NCBI GenBank assembly: GCA_963850905.1
Contig: CAWKMU010000003.1
Coordinates: forward strand, 1,024,001 to 1,088,000
Source: an uncultured Gemmatimonadales bacterium
Lineage (GTDB): Bacteria; Gemmatimonadota; Gemmatimonadetes; Gemmatimonadales; Gemmatimonadaceae
DNA length: 64,000 nt
Direction: 5' to 3'
Below the pieces are notes generated by a model, which saw nothing but the letters and a program-made list of their open reading frames with translations, was not told where the DNA came from and did no database searches. This document shows, one piece after another, positions 38,098 through 48,494 of the stretch. The first letter of the stretch is position 1, and the number at the start of each line of letters is the position of its first letter. A program made the position numbers and the translations under genes.

Positions 38098-41076
38098 ATG
38101 ACCGAACTTTCCCCGGAGCCAGGTCGTGCTCCGTTGACAGACCATCACAGCTTTGTCTCGCGCCATATCGGGCCGACCGCTGTCGACGCGACCGCGATGG
38201 CGCGCGTAATGGGTTACGACTCCGTGGACGCGGTAATCGACGCGACGATACCGGAGAGCATCCGGCTCCGCCGGCCGCTCGCGCTCGGGACAGGCCAGAG
38301 TGAGCTCGAGGCATTAGCTGACTTCCGGCGCGTCGCGGGTCGCAACGAAGTGTTCCGCTCCTTCATCGGGCTGGGGTACAACGACTGCCTTACGCCGCCC
38401 GTGATCCAGCGCAACATCCTGGAAAACCCCGGTTGGTACACGGCGTACACGCCGTATCAAGCGGAGGTGGCCCAGGGGCGCCTCGAGGCCCTGTTGAATT
38501 ACCAGACCATGGTGTGTGATCTCACCGGTCTCGCGGTGAGCAATGCATCGTTGTTGGACGAGGCGACCGCGGCGGCGGAAGCGATGGGCGTCGCGTGGGC
38601 GGCACGCGGCTCGGCCGATCGCTCGCTGTTCTTTGTCTCGCACGACTGTCATCCGCAGACCATCGAGGTCGTGCGGACCCGCGCCAAAGCCCGAGGGATC
38701 GGCGTCGTCGTCGGAGACCACCGCTCCTTCGCGTTTGGTCCGACCGTGTTCGGCGCGCTCGTGCAGTATCCTGCGAGTGATGGAGCGATCTACGACTACG
38801 CATCCCTTCGCTCGACCCTCGGCGAATCGGCGCTGTTGATCGCCGCCGCTGACCTCTTGAGCCTTACCCTGCTCGCACCTCCTGGCGCGTGGGGTGCCGA
38901 CATCGCTGTGGGGAGCAGTCAGCGCTTTGGCGTCCCGTTGGGCTTTGGCGGACCACACGCGGCGTTCTTCGCGTGCCGGGAAGAGTTCACGCGCCAGGTC
39001 CCGGGCCGTGTGATCGGCGTGTCACGGGACGTCGACGGGCGACCGGCGCTCAGAATGGCACTGCAAACGCGAGAACAGCACATCCGACGTGAGAAGGCGA
39101 CCAGCAACATCTGCACGGCGGAAGTCCTGCTCGCGGTCATGGCGGGGATGTATGCCGTGTGGCATGGCCCCGAGGGCCTTCGTCGCATCGCGGCTCGCAT
39201 TCATCGGCTGGCCAGCACGTTTGCGGAAGGGGTTCGCCGACTTGGCTATGGCGTCGCTCACGACACGTTCTTCGATACCGTGCGAGTGGAGCTGCGACGG
39301 CGGAAGCTGAGCGAGCTCCTGCGGGAGGCGCGGGCGCAACACATCAACGTGCGCGTCTTCGCGGACGAGGATGGGCCTCCCTCGGTCGGTGTCTCGATCC
39401 AGGAAACGACCACACTCGACGACCTCGCGGATCTCTTCACCGTCTTCAACGGCGGCGAGCCTGCGCCATTCACACCTGAGGAGCTAGCGCGAACGGTCAC
39501 CGACAGGTTTGCGGAGCCGGTGGCGCGGCATACGCCCTATCTCACGCATCCCGTCTTCAACAGCTACCACTCTGAAACGGAGATGCTCCGCTTTATCCGC
39601 CGATTGGAGGCCCGTGATCTCTCGCTCACGACGTCGATGATCCCACTCGGCTCGTGCACGATGAAGCTCAACGCGACGGCGGAGATGTTCCCGGTCACGT
39701 GGCGTGAGATCTCGCAAATCCATCCCTTCGCGCCAGCTGAGCAGACGAACGGATATTCGGTTCTCTTCGAGAGGTTGGAGTCGGCTCTGGGCGAAATCAC
39801 CGGCCTCCCTGGCATTTCGCTGCAGCCGAACGCGGGCTCACAAGGCGAGTATGCTGGACTGCTCGTGATTCGTCGCTACCACGAAGCCCGGGGTGAGGGT
39901 CGGACGCGCGCCGTGTGTCTGATCCCGCAGTCCGCGCACGGCACCAATCCCGCGAGCGCCGTCATGGCGGGGCTGCGAGTCGTCGTGGTGAAAACCGACG
40001 CGCGGGGCAACGTGGATCTCACCGACCTCCGCGTCAAGGCCGAGCAGCACCGACAGGAGCTGGCCGCCCTGATGATCACCTATCCGTCGACCCACGGTGT
40101 CTTCGAGGAGAGCATTCGCGACGTCTGCTCGATCGTGCACGCTGCGGGAGGCCAGGTCTATCTCGATGGGGCAAACATGAACGCCATGGTCGGACTGTGT
40201 CGACCGGGCGACATGGGCGCGGATGTCTGTCACATCAATCTGCACAAAACCTTCTGCATCCCGCATGGCGGCGGCGGACCGGGCATGGGCCCGATCGCGG
40301 TGGCGCCGCACCTCGCGCCCTTCCTCCCGGCGCATCCGCTGACCGACGTCGGCGGCGGCGTGGAAGCGATCGGCCCCGTGTCGGCCGCCCCGTGGGGGAG
40401 CGCCAGTATCCTGCCGATCTCCTACATGTACATGCAGATGATGGGGCGTGACGGGCTGACCGAGGCGAGCAAGATCGCGATCCTCAACGCCAACTACATC
40501 GCGCATCGACTCGATGCGCACTTTCCCGTCCTGTACAAAGGCACGCACGGCCTCGTCGCGCACGAGTGCATTCTCGACTGTCGGCCCTACAAGGCTTCGG
40601 CGGGCGTGGAGGTCGAGGATATTGCCAAGCGACTCATGGACTACGGCTTCCACGCGCCGACGGTCTCGTTCCCGGTTGCCGGAACCCTCATGGTGGAACC
40701 AACCGAGAGCGAGTCACGAGGCGAGCTCGATCGGTTCTGCGAGGCGATGATCGCGATCCGCGGCGAGATTCGGGAGATCGAGGAAGGTCGTGCGAGCCGC
40801 GCGGACAATGTGCTCAAGCGCGCCCCGCACACGCTCGCACAGGTCGCCGCAAACGAGTGGAATCGTCCGTATGGTCGGGAGACCGCCGCGTTTCCGGCAG
40901 CCTGGACCCGCACGCACAAGTTCTGGCCCTCCGTTGGTCGTATCGACGCGGCCTTCGGTGATCGTACGCTGGTGTGTGCCTGTCCGCCGATCGAAGCCTA
41001 CACGGCGGCTGCATCCGCCCCGGTGAGCGGAGCTCCGGCGATCGACGGTCGAGAAACGGTCCACGGCTCATCGTGA
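38098..41076 (+). CDS. gcvP: Glycine dehydrogenase (decarboxylating), single chain
   Basis: [53 protein letters not shown]. Confidence 0.98.
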   Translation: MTELSPEPGRAPLTDHHSFVSRHIGPTAVDATAMARVMGYDSVDAVIDATIPESIRLRRPLALGTGQSELEALADFRRVAGRNEVFRSFIGLGYNDCLTPPVIQRNILENPGWYTAYTPYQAEVAQGRLEALLNYQTMVCDLTGLAVSNASLLDEATAAAEAMGVAWAARGSADRSLFFVSHDCHPQTIEVVRTRAKARGIGVVVGDHRSFAFGPTVFGALVQYPASDGAIYDYASLRSTLGESALLIAAADLLSLTLLAPPGAWGADIAVGSSQRFGVPLGFGGPHAAFFACREEFTRQVPGRVIGVSRDVDGRPALRMALQTREQHIRREKATSNICTAEVLLAVMAGMYAVWHGPEGLRRIAARIHRLASTFAEGVRRLGYGVAHDTFFDTVRVELRRRKLSELLREARAQHINVRVFADEDGPPSVGVSIQETTTLDDLADLFTVFNGGEPAPFTPEELARTVTDRFAEPVARHTPYLTHPVFNSYHSETEMLRFIRRLEARDLSLTTSMIPLGSCTMKLNATAEMFPVTWREISQIHPFAPAEQTNGYSVLFERLESALGEITGLPGISLQPNAGSQGEYAGLLVIRRYHEARGEGRTRAVCLIPQSAHGTNPASAVMAGLRVVVVKTDARGNVDLTDLRVKAEQHRQELAALMITYPSTHGVFEESIRDVCSIVHAAGGQVYLDGANMNAMVGLCRPGDMGADVCHINLHKTFCIPHGGGGPGMGPIAVAPHLAPFLPAHPLTDVGGGVEAIGPVSAAPWGSASILPISYMYMQMMGRDGLTEASKIAILNANYIAHRLDAHFPVLYKGTHGLVAHECILDCRPYKASAGVEVEDIAKRLMDYGFHAPTVSFPVAGTLMVEPTESESRGELDRFCEAMIAIRGEIREIEEGRASRADNVLKRAPHTLAQVAANEWNRPYGRETAAFPAAWTRTHKFWPSVGRIDAAFGDRTLVCACPPIEAYTAAASAPVSGAPAIDGRETVHGSS

Positions 41077-41114
41077 TCGTGCCGGCGCGTCGAGCAGCAG
41101 CTTTGGGGCGAGCG

Positions 41115-41675
41115 ATGGGAACCGGACACCGAGGGCGGGCCAGCGGCGTACTGCAATGCGTCACGCGTATCGCGGGGCTGGGCGTTGTCGTCGTGGGGGT
41201 CGCAGCGTGCGTCACCAAAGAGGACGCAAAGAAACTGGTGGAGGCTCTGCAGTCCGCCCAGCCGGCGCGACCCGACGTGCTCCCCGTCATGCTCAGTCAC
41301 GATGTGCCGGTGCATTACCCGCCCGCACTCTACGGCAAGAAAGCGCAAGGCAACGTCACGCTGCGGATTTTCATTGATTCGACTGGCCGCGTGCGTCCGG
41401 AATCGACCGTTGTTGCGGAGTCGTCCGGTGAGGCTGCATTCGACTCCGCAGCGGTCGCGGGAGTCAAAGATTTGCGCTTCAGTCCAGCACGGCGGCAGGG
41501 AGCACCGATGGCCGTATCCATTCTCTTTCCCATTTACTTCCGGCATCCCCAAGGGGCGCCAGTGCCCGGAGACAGCGTGCTGCACCGCGGCGTCGACAGC
41601 GTTGCGGCACGCGCGAACGCCAGCGTGCAGGTGCCGCTCGGGCGTAGCCAGCAACGCGACAGCGCAAGGAGGTAG
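41115..41675 (+). CDS. TonB C-terminal domain (lipo)protein
   Basis: VAAC lipobox-like segment, YPPALY...QGNV, ESSG...FDSAA, FSPAR. Confidence 0.8.
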   Translation: MGTGHRGRASGVLQCVTRIAGLGVVVVGVAACVTKEDAKKLVEALQSAQPARPDVLPVMLSHDVPVHYPPALYGKKAQGNVTLRIFIDSTGRVRPESTVVAESSGEAAFDSAAVAGVKDLRFSPARRQGAPMAVSILFPIYFRHPQGAPVPGDSVLHRGVDSVAARANASVQVPLGRSQQRDSARR

Positions 41676-41676
41676 T

Positions 41677-43200
41677 GTGGCGCGGAACGGAACCGGGAGT
41701 CGGTCGACGCGCGGCGGCTCGCGGTCGAATCAGCGAACGCCGCAACGATCGAAGCGCGCTCGCGCGAAGGCGCCGGCTGTGGATCACCTCGCTCTCCCGT
41801 CGCAGTCGCGGCATACGCGTCCCTACGACAGCGTCCTCGAAACGATCGGCTGGACACCGCTGATTCGTCTGCACCGCGTGACGCGTGGTATTCGTACGCC
41901 AGTGTACGGCAAGGCCGAATTCTTCAATCCCGGCGGCTCGGTCAAGGACCGGATCGGCGTCCCGATCATCGAGCGCGCGGAGCGCGAGGGTCGTCTACGG
42001 CGCGGTGGCACGATTGTCGAGGGCACGAGCGGCAACACTGGTGTCGGTCTCGCGATCGCCGCCGCGCTGAAAGGCTACAAGTGCATCTTCACAATGCCGG
42101 ACAAGATGTCTCAGGAAAAAGTCCGGCTTCTCAAAGCGTTTGGGGCGCAGGTGATCGTCACACCGACGGCGGTCCCGCCTGACCACCCGGACAACTACGT
42201 GGTGATGGCGCGGCGCATCGCGTCGGAGACACCCAACGCCATCCTGGCGGACCAGTTCTACAACGCTGCCAATCCGGACGCGCACTATGAGACGACCGGT
42301 CCCGAGCTCTGGGAGCAGACTGAGGGGCGGATCACCCACTTCGTGGCAGCGGCCGGCACGGGCGGCACGGCCACCGGAGTTGGTCGCTACCTCAAGGAGC
42401 AGAACCCTGCGATTCGTGTGATCCTGGGCGACCCCCAGGGGTCGATCCTCGCCGAGAAATGGCGCACGCACGGGAAGGGCGCGGTCGAGGGCACGCCGTA
42501 CAAGGTCGAAGGCGTCGGGCAAGACAAGGTTCCCGGAACGCTCGATCTGGCGATCGTCGACGAATTCCACACGGTCAGCGATCGAGACAGCTTCTCGATG
42601 GCGCGGCGGTTGACCCGCGAAGAGGGGCTCTTCGTCGGAGGCTCTTCGGGCCTCATCGCCCACGTCGCGCTCGAACTCGCGCGCCGCATCAATGATCCGT
42701 CCGCATGCATCGTGACGTTCCTCTGCGACACGGGGGAGCGGTATCTGTCGAAGCTGTACAACGACGAGTGGATGCGTGAGAACCAGATGCTGGAGGCCGA
42801 TCGCGTGACGCTGTCCGAGGTCCTGCGAGGCAAGGACTCGAGCGAGCCCGCGGTAGTCGGGGCGGCCCCGGGATCGACTGTGCGACAGGCGCTGCGCCTC
42901 ATGAGCTTGCACGATGTGTCGCAGTTGCCTGTGATGGACCGCGAACGGTGCGTGGGCTCGATTTCCGACTGGGCACTGTCGGCGAAGAGCCTGGCGGATC
43001 CCAAGGTGCTCGATGCGACCGTGAGTGATGTGATGGAAGCGCCGTTCCCGATCGTGGATGCGAACCGATCGGCCGACTCGGTCGTCAAATTGCTGTCCAA
43101 GATGAGCCCCGCGGTGCTGGTCACCGATCCTGGGGGGACGACCGTTCGTGGCATCGTGACTCGGTCGGACCTGCTGCACTTCCTCATGGCGCGATCTTGA
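41677..43200 (+). CDS. Cystathionine beta-synthase with C-terminal CBS domains
   Basis: NPGGSVKDRI, TSGNTG, AGTGGT, CBS pair (VSQLPV, GIVTRSDLL). AGGAGG RBS before GTG 41677. Confidence 0.92.
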   Translation: MARNGTGSRSTRGGSRSNQRTPQRSKRARAKAPAVDHLALPSQSRHTRPYDSVLETIGWTPLIRLHRVTRGIRTPVYGKAEFFNPGGSVKDRIGVPIIERAEREGRLRRGGTIVEGTSGNTGVGLAIAAALKGYKCIFTMPDKMSQEKVRLLKAFGAQVIVTPTAVPPDHPDNYVVMARRIASETPNAILADQFYNAANPDAHYETTGPELWEQTEGRITHFVAAAGTGGTATGVGRYLKEQNPAIRVILGDPQGSILAEKWRTHGKGAVEGTPYKVEGVGQDKVPGTLDLAIVDEFHTVSDRDSFSMARRLTREEGLFVGGSSGLIAHVALELARRINDPSACIVTFLCDTGERYLSKLYNDEWMRENQMLEADRVTLSEVLRGKDSSEPAVVGAAPGSTVRQALRLMSLHDVSQLPVMDRERCVGSISDWALSAKSLADPKVLDATVSDVMEAPFPIVDANRSADSVVKLLSKMSPAVLVTDPGGTTVRGIVTRSDLLHFLMARS

Positions 43201-44210
43201 AGATCACAGTCCTGTTGGGCGGTGCCTCCGCTGAGCGGGATGTGTCGCTCGCGAGTGGCTTCCGGGTCATCGACTCGCTGCGCTCATCGGGGCACGTCGT
43301 GAAGGCGGTCGATCCCGTGACGGGATTATTGGGGGCGTCGGCCGAGTTGGCGTTGCGGGCCGCTGGTGTGCGCCGGGCGCCGCCGTCATTGGAAGAGCTC
43401 GCGGGCCTAAGTGGCTCGCAGCGACGCGAACTGTCCCCCGATCTCGTGCTCTTGCCAGCGATTCGTGAGGCCGATGTCGTATTCCTGGCGCTGCACGGTG
43501 GGCGCGGCGAAGACGGCACCATCCAGGCCATGCTGGACCTCGTCGGAGTGCCCTACACGGGCAGTGGCCCGTTGGCCAGTGCGTTGGCGATGGACAAGGA
43601 CCTCTCGAAGACACTGTTTCGGGCCGCCGGCGTGACGACCGCCGATTGGACCATGGCTCCGGTCCGGGATGAAGTCGTCGAGCAAACGCTCGGCTGGCCG
43701 GCGGTCGTCAAACCATCGAAGCAAGGATCGACCGTTGGACTCGCAGTCGTCCACGAGCGTGCTACGCTCCAGACCGCCGTTACGCAGGCGTTCCAGTACG
43801 ACGATGAGGTCATGATCGAGCGCTACGTGCCTGGTCGGGAGCTGACCGTCGGCGTGCTGGGCGACGAGGCACTGCCGGTCGGCGAGATCTTCCCGGCGCA
43901 CGACGTTTACGACTACGAGTGCAAGTACACTGTCGGCATGGCACGCGAGGAGTTCCCCGCAAAGTTGACTGCCGGAGAGTCGGCGCTCGTTCAGGATCAG
44001 GCGTTGCGAGCATTCGCGGCCCTCAAGCTTCGTGGCTACGCGCGCATCGATTTCCGCCTGTCACCCGATGGGATCCCCTTTTGCCTCGAGGCGAATACCC
44101 TTCCGGGACTCACGGGTACGAGTCTCATTCCACAGGCGGCCGCAGCCCGGGGGATGGGGTTTGGCGAGTTGTGTGAGCGGATTGTCAACGAAGCACTACG
44201 CGCATCGTAA
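43197..44210 (+). CDS. ddl: D-alanine--D-alanine ligase
   Basis: GGASAERDVS, LHGGRGEDG, GSTVG, YDYECKY, EANTLPG. Confidence 0.95.
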   Translation: MKITVLLGGASAERDVSLASGFRVIDSLRSSGHVVKAVDPVTGLLGASAELALRAAGVRRAPPSLEELAGLSGSQRRELSPDLVLLPAIREADVVFLALHGGRGEDGTIQAMLDLVGVPYTGSGPLASALAMDKDLSKTLFRAAGVTTADWTMAPVRDEVVEQTLGWPAVVKPSKQGSTVGLAVVHERATLQTAVTQAFQYDDEVMIERYVPGRELTVGVLGDEALPVGEIFPAHDVYDYECKYTVGMAREEFPAKLTAGESALVQDQALRAFAALKLRGYARIDFRLSPDGIPFCLEANTLPGLTGTSLIPQAAAARGMGFGELCERIVNEALRAS

Positions 44211-44212
44211 AA

Positions 44213-44385
44213 AGGAGAGAGGGAGAGGAGAGGGTGACAACAACGGCCGCGTGAGCGGCCGTCGTTACGTGCGTACCGCTCGGCTCGTCGCCGGACGGGT
44301 ATCAGCACCCGATCACGAGGCCTGCAGATTTGAGGGGAGACATTGGCTCAGGATCTGCAGCGTAAACGAGCGTTCTCCCCTCTCC
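44213..44385. repeat. Degenerate heptamer-arm element (GGGAGAG type)
   Basis: ggagagagggagaggagagggtgacaacaacggccgc ... gttctcccctctcc, with internal palindromes. Confidence 0.5.
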
Positions 44386-44482
44386 AGTTTCGGGCGCAAA
44401 GCGCCCGTATGTTACACTTACGGATGGCGGTCGCCGGCTGACGCGCCGCGACTGAGCGCTCTGAACCACCTGCTGCGAGCCC

Positions 44483-45400
44483 ATGTCCTTCTCATCCGCC
44501 GAGACGCACGAGGACCGACCGCGACTGACACCGGCGGTGCAGTGGTTGATCGGGCTCAACGTCCTGATCTACTTCCTGCAGGTTACGCTCGTCGGTCAGG
44601 CCGACATGGAGCGCTGGCTCGGGTTCAAGTTTCACGATCTCGCGGCTGGCAGTATTTGGACGGTCTTCACCTACATGTTTGTGCATGCCGGCTTCTGGCA
44701 CATCGCCGGCAACATGCTGTTCCTGTGGGTGTTCGGACCGCGTGTCGAGCGGGCGTGGGGTTCAGGCGCCTTTGTACGCTACTATCTGATTTGTGGTCTC
44801 GGCGGGTGTCTGGCGCAGTCGCTGTTGAATCGCGACAGCATCCTCGTCGGTGCGTCCGCCGCGATCTATGGTGTGATGCTCGCGTACGCCGTGCGGTGGC
44901 CGGACGATGAATTCCTCCTCTGGTTTGTCGTCCCGGTCAAGGCGAAGTGGCTCGTTGCGGGCTGTATCCTCATCGATCTCGTATTGGGTGTGTCGACGTA
45001 CGGCGGGGGCGCGCCGGGCGTCGCCCACTTCGCACACCTCGGTGGGCTCATCACGGGTTGGCTCTACCTGCACACGCCCCCATCGAACGCGCTCGAGCGC
45101 TTCAGGCAGCGGGTAGCCGGCGCGCCCGATGTTCCCGAGGAGCCCCCCCGTCCGATTCCGCGTGGGCTCCCACGCGGGCGCGAACCGAGGCGCGAGGTCG
45201 ACGAAATTGTAGCGAAGAGCAAGGCCGCTGTTGCGAAACGTCCCGCGGCGGTCCAGGCGCCGCGCAACCAGCCCCGTACACGGCGGGGCGAGGAGATCAA
45301 CGCGCTCCTCGACAAGATCTCGCAATTCGGACTCGACAGCCTGACGAAGGACGAGCGCCGAATCTTGGAAGACGCGTCGAAGAGGTTGCGGGAGGATTGA
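44483..45400 (+). CDS. Rhomboid family intramembrane serine protease with soluble C-terminal tail
   Basis: HIAGNM, GASAA, AHFAHLGG, C-terminal LLDKIS..G.DSL. Confidence 0.93.
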   Translation: MSFSSAETHEDRPRLTPAVQWLIGLNVLIYFLQVTLVGQADMERWLGFKFHDLAAGSIWTVFTYMFVHAGFWHIAGNMLFLWVFGPRVERAWGSGAFVRYYLICGLGGCLAQSLLNRDSILVGASAAIYGVMLAYAVRWPDDEFLLWFVVPVKAKWLVAGCILIDLVLGVSTYGGGAPGVAHFAHLGGLITGWLYLHTPPSNALERFRQRVAGAPDVPEEPPRPIPRGLPRGREPRREVDEIVAKSKAAVAKRPAAVQAPRNQPRTRRGEEINALLDKISQFGLDSLTKDERRILEDASKRLRED

Positions 45401-45401
45401 T

Positions 45402-45648
45402 AACGGCAGGGGTCAGGGGTCAGGGTCTGGAAACGACAACGGCCCGCATGACCGGGTCCCGTGGGCGGGCGGCCTGAAGGCCGCCCCTACATGTTGCTGC
45501 GGACGGTGCGGGTTCTGAATGTGTCGACACGGTCATGAGTCATGGGGGACGCTCGGAAACGCTACCTCCACGCCGACATGTAGGGGCGGGCTTCAGCCCG
45601 CCCGGTTGTTACAGGCCGTCGTAATCCCTGACCCCTGACCCTTGTCGT
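45402..45648. repeat. Heptamer-arm element enclosing an inverted REP doublet (45467-45605)
   Basis: ggggtcaggggtcagggtctgg ... gggcggcctgaaggccgcccctacatg ... catgtaggggcgggcttcagcccgccc ... ccctgacccctgaccc. Confidence 0.88.
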
Positions 45649-46041
45649 TCAGCGCTTCCCCATCGCCGCCCGCACCAGCGACTTTATCCCCCCGCGTACG
45701 TTGAAGTCCCCGACCACCTCGATCCATCGCGGCGCCAGCTTGCCGTGCAAGTCATCGAGGATGCGGTTGACGACACGCTCGTAGAAGATCCCGTCGTTGC
45801 GATAGCTCCACAGATACAGCTTGAGACTCTTGAGCTCGACGCACAGACGGTCGGGGATATAGGTGATCGCGATCGTACCGAAGTCGGGCGCCCCGCCCTT
45901 GAGAAGTGCGAGCTCGGCCGCGTCGCTTTCGACGCCACCCAGGGGACACAACGACGTGAACTCCTCACACGTCATGTGGACCTCGTATTCCCGTCCCGGA
46001 TACGGATTTGGAAAGGTCTCAAGGAGCTCGGGCTGAGGCAT
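45649..46041 (-). CDS. queF: 7-cyano-7-deazaguanine (preQ0) reductase
   Basis: EFTSLCP, PDFG, VELKSLKLYL, FNVRGGI. Confidence 0.93.
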   Translation of the reverse strand: MPQPELLETFPNPYPGREYEVHMTCEEFTSLCPLGGVESDAAELALLKGGAPDFGTIAITYIPDRLCVELKSLKLYLWSYRNDGIFYERVVNRILDDLHGKLAPRWIEVVGDFNVRGGIKSLVRAAMGKR

Positions 46042-46055
46042 AGTGGCAAACTAGG

Positions 46056-46165
46056 GACGGTAGACGCTGGACGCTGGAGACAAAGCTAGAGGGCAGCAAG
46101 CGGACCGTCTCTGGCCTTGAGGTTCGTGCTCCAGCGTCTAGCGTCGAGCGTCTAGCGTCTCGTCC
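46056..46165. repeat. Heptamer-arm hairpin element (GACGCTG type)
   Basis: tagacgctggacgctggagacaaa ... tccagcgtctagcgtcgagcgtctagcgtct. Confidence 0.8.
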
Positions 46166-46343
46166 GCTGCCTACCGCTCCAGACCAGCCCCCCATACGTT
46201 TCTCGCGCGGCGCAGCTTAGCCGCGGCGGGCCGATACCGGCGCAAGCGCCTCGTCCCAAGCTCATGCATCGGCGCACGGTCGTACCGGATCCGCTCTACC
46301 TCTGGTGATCGGTTCACTTTTAACGGCGTGGAGGTGTTTGCTC

Positions 46344-46808
46344 ATGAGCGTGCGATCAGCTATCGCAGTTGCGGCTGTGCTCGGGGGGCTGGCGGTCGGC
46401 GGGGCGTGGACAGCGTCGAAGCCGGCGAGTGCGAGGGCCGCACAGGGGATGAAGTGGACAGCCACGTTGAGTGCGCAAAATGGTGGTACGATCAAGGGGA
46501 CCGCGTCACTGGCGCCCGGGACAGGTGGGGCGAGCTCAGTCGCCATGATTTCGATCACGGGCGGCAAGGCTGGCACCGCGTATCCGTGGCACGTGCACAC
46601 CGGAAAATGCGGCGCGGCCGGCGGCGGCGTGTTTGGATCTGGCTCCGCGTACAAGCCAGTCACCGCAGGTGCCGACGGCTCTGGCACGTCGACGGCCAAC
46701 CTCAGCGCCGCGGCGCCGACCACCGGTGATTACCACGTCAATGTGCACGCGTCGGCGAACGACATGAAGACGATCGTCTCGTGCGGCGACCTGAGTATGG
46801 GGATGTGA
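46344..46808 (+). CDS. Exported CHRD / Cu-SOD-like small protein
   Basis: Signal peptide, PWHVHTGKC, YHVNVHAS, VSCGDL. GGAGG RBS. Confidence 0.7.
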   Translation: MSVRSAIAVAAVLGGLAVGGAWTASKPASARAAQGMKWTATLSAQNGGTIKGTASLAPGTGGASSVAMISITGGKAGTAYPWHVHTGKCGAAGGGVFGSGSAYKPVTAGADGSGTSTANLSAAAPTTGDYHVNVHASANDMKTIVSCGDLSMGM

Positions 46809-46812
46809 GGGG

Positions 46813-46921
46813 CTAGACGCTGGACGCTAGACGTTGGACGTTGGAAAAAAACTCGAGGCCAGCCGCGGTGCATGCAGCTGGCCTCGAGGTTTGTCTCCAG
46901 CGTCTAGCGTCTAGCGTCCAG
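46813..46921. repeat. Heptamer-arm hairpin element (GACGCTG type, conserved core)
   Basis: tagacgctggacgctagacgttggacgttgg ... ctcgaggccagccgcggtgcatgcagctggcctcgag ... ccagcgtctagcgtctagcgtcca. Confidence 0.88.
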
Positions 46922-47872
46922 TAGTTCCACAAACACCCCAGGATCTACGTTCCCGCCACTCACGACGCAGCACACCCTTTTGCCCCGAAAGCGGCTCGGG
47001 TCCGCGAGCAGGCCAGCCACCGGAACCGCCCCAGTCGGCTCAGCTTTGACGTTAGCCAGCTGAAAGCACAGCCGGACCGCCTCGGCAATGTGATCCTCAC
47101 TCACCTCGATCGCCCCGGCAACGCCTGAGCGAAGGACGGCCCAATTATGCGCGCCGACGCTTCGCGTCCGCACACCGTCAGCAATCGTCTGCGGCTCCTG
47201 CTCATGGGCGACGATGTGGCCGGCGGCGAGGGAGCGGACGAAATCGTTGGCGAGCGCCGGCTCGACGGCCCATACCCCGGTTGCGTCTCCGACTGCACGC
47301 AGGCCGGTGACGACACCCGCGCTCAGGCCACCGCCTCCGACCGGCGTCAGAATGGCGTCAAAACGACGCGACTGAGTCGGACGCCGGCCGGGCGACCCAT
47401 CGTCGTCCCGCCCCTCCGCCGCGCTATTGATCGCCGCCAGCTCACGTCCGAGACTGGCATTGCCTTCGATCACCAACGGGTCATCGTAGGCGCTGGCGAC
47501 GTACGCGCCCGGTTGCGCGGCCGCCAGTGAAGCCACCCGCGCCTCACGGCGAACGACGGTCGTGTCGATCAGATCCACCGTGGCGCCGTAGCTCCGGACC
47601 GCCTCGATCTTCACTCGCGCGGCATTCGCCGGCATCACCACCGTGCATTGCTTGCCCGCGAGCTGGCAGGCGTAGGCAATCGCCTGCCCGAAGTTGCCGG
47701 AGCTCGCCGTGATGATCGCCGGATTGGGCACCGAGCGAACGACGTTGGACGCCGCCCGGTATTTGAAGCTGCCAGTCCACTGGAACGCCTCACTTGCCAG
47801 CACGACATCCGCCCCGAGGCGTTCCGAGAGACGGGCGGATTCGATCAGCGTTGTGCGCCGCGGTTCTTTCAT
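46904..47872 (-). CDS. PLP-dependent threonine/serine dehydratase family
   Basis: TGSFKYR, ASSGNFGQ, PVGGGGL, TIADG, SGGN. Confidence 0.92.
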   Translation of the reverse strand: MKEPRRTTLIESARLSERLGADVVLASEAFQWTGSFKYRAASNVVRSVPNPAIITASSGNFGQAIAYACQLAGKQCTVVMPANAARVKIEAVRSYGATVDLIDTTVVRREARVASLAAAQPGAYVASAYDDPLVIEGNASLGRELAAINSAAEGRDDDGSPGRRPTQSRRFDAILTPVGGGGLSAGVVTGLRAVGDATGVWAVEPALANDFVRSLAAGHIVAHEQEPQTIADGVRTRSVGAHNWAVLRSGVAGAIEVSEDHIAEAVRLCFQLANVKAEPTGAVPVAGLLADPSRFRGKRVCCVVSGGNVDPGVFVELLDARR

Positions 47873-47889
47873 GCCATTAATTTTCTCTC

Positions 47890-48390
47890 GTGACCCGCAA
47901 AGCCGCCACCTTTTGGCCTGTCATGCTCGCCTTGCTGGTGGGGGATTGCACGACGAAGGAGTTGGCGGTCGGCCATCTCGTGCCGCCCTATCTTCCGCAC
48001 AACGTCCTCGGGGAAGTCGTGCGCTTCACGCTCGCCTACAACCCGGGGGCCGCATTCAGCATGAGCCTCGGTAGCGCCTCGCGCTGGGGCTTCACGCTCC
48101 TGGCGCTGATCGCGCTCGCGACCCTGGCCGTCGTCTACCAGTCCGCGGGCAACGAGGATCGCCTGCAGGCGGGCGCAATCGCGCTCATCGCCGGCGGCGC
48201 GCTCGGCAATCTGGTGGACCGAATCCGTTCGGCACGCGGTGTCGTCGACTTCATCGACATCGGGCTCGGCGACCGTCGGTTCTGGACGTTCAATGTCGCC
48301 GACATGGGCGTCACCTGCGGTGCTCTGCTGCTGGCGTGGGTGCTGTGGAAGCGGTCGGCTGACGCGCACGGCGAAGATGCTGGACGTTAG
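47890..48390 (+). CDS. lspA: Lipoprotein signal peptidase II
   Basis: NPGAAFS, GGALGNLVDR, VVDFI, FNVAD. Confidence 0.96.
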   Translation: MTRKAATFWPVMLALLVGDCTTKELAVGHLVPPYLPHNVLGEVVRFTLAYNPGAAFSMSLGSASRWGFTLLALIALATLAVVYQSAGNEDRLQAGAIALIAGGALGNLVDRIRSARGVVDFIDIGLGDRRFWTFNVADMGVTCGALLLAWVLWKRSADAHGEDAGR

Positions 48391-48494
48391 ACGCTGGACG
48401 CTAGCAGACTAACCGCGAGGGTCAGTTACGGTACATGTAGCTGGCCCTCGAGGGTTGTTCTCCAGCGTCCAGCGTCAAGCGTCTTAGCGTCTAG
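48378..48494. repeat. Heptamer-arm hairpin element (GACGCTG type) between convergent lspA and hsp20
   Basis: ggacgttagacgctggacgctag ... cgagggtcagttacggtacatgtagctggccctcg ... ccagcgtccagcgtcaagcgtc. Confidence 0.85.

Noticed and set aside
43197..44210. Ddl as a VanA-type D-Ala-D-Lac ligase
   Set aside because: The omega loop reads YDYECKY as in ordinary Ddl, and there are no van genes nearby.
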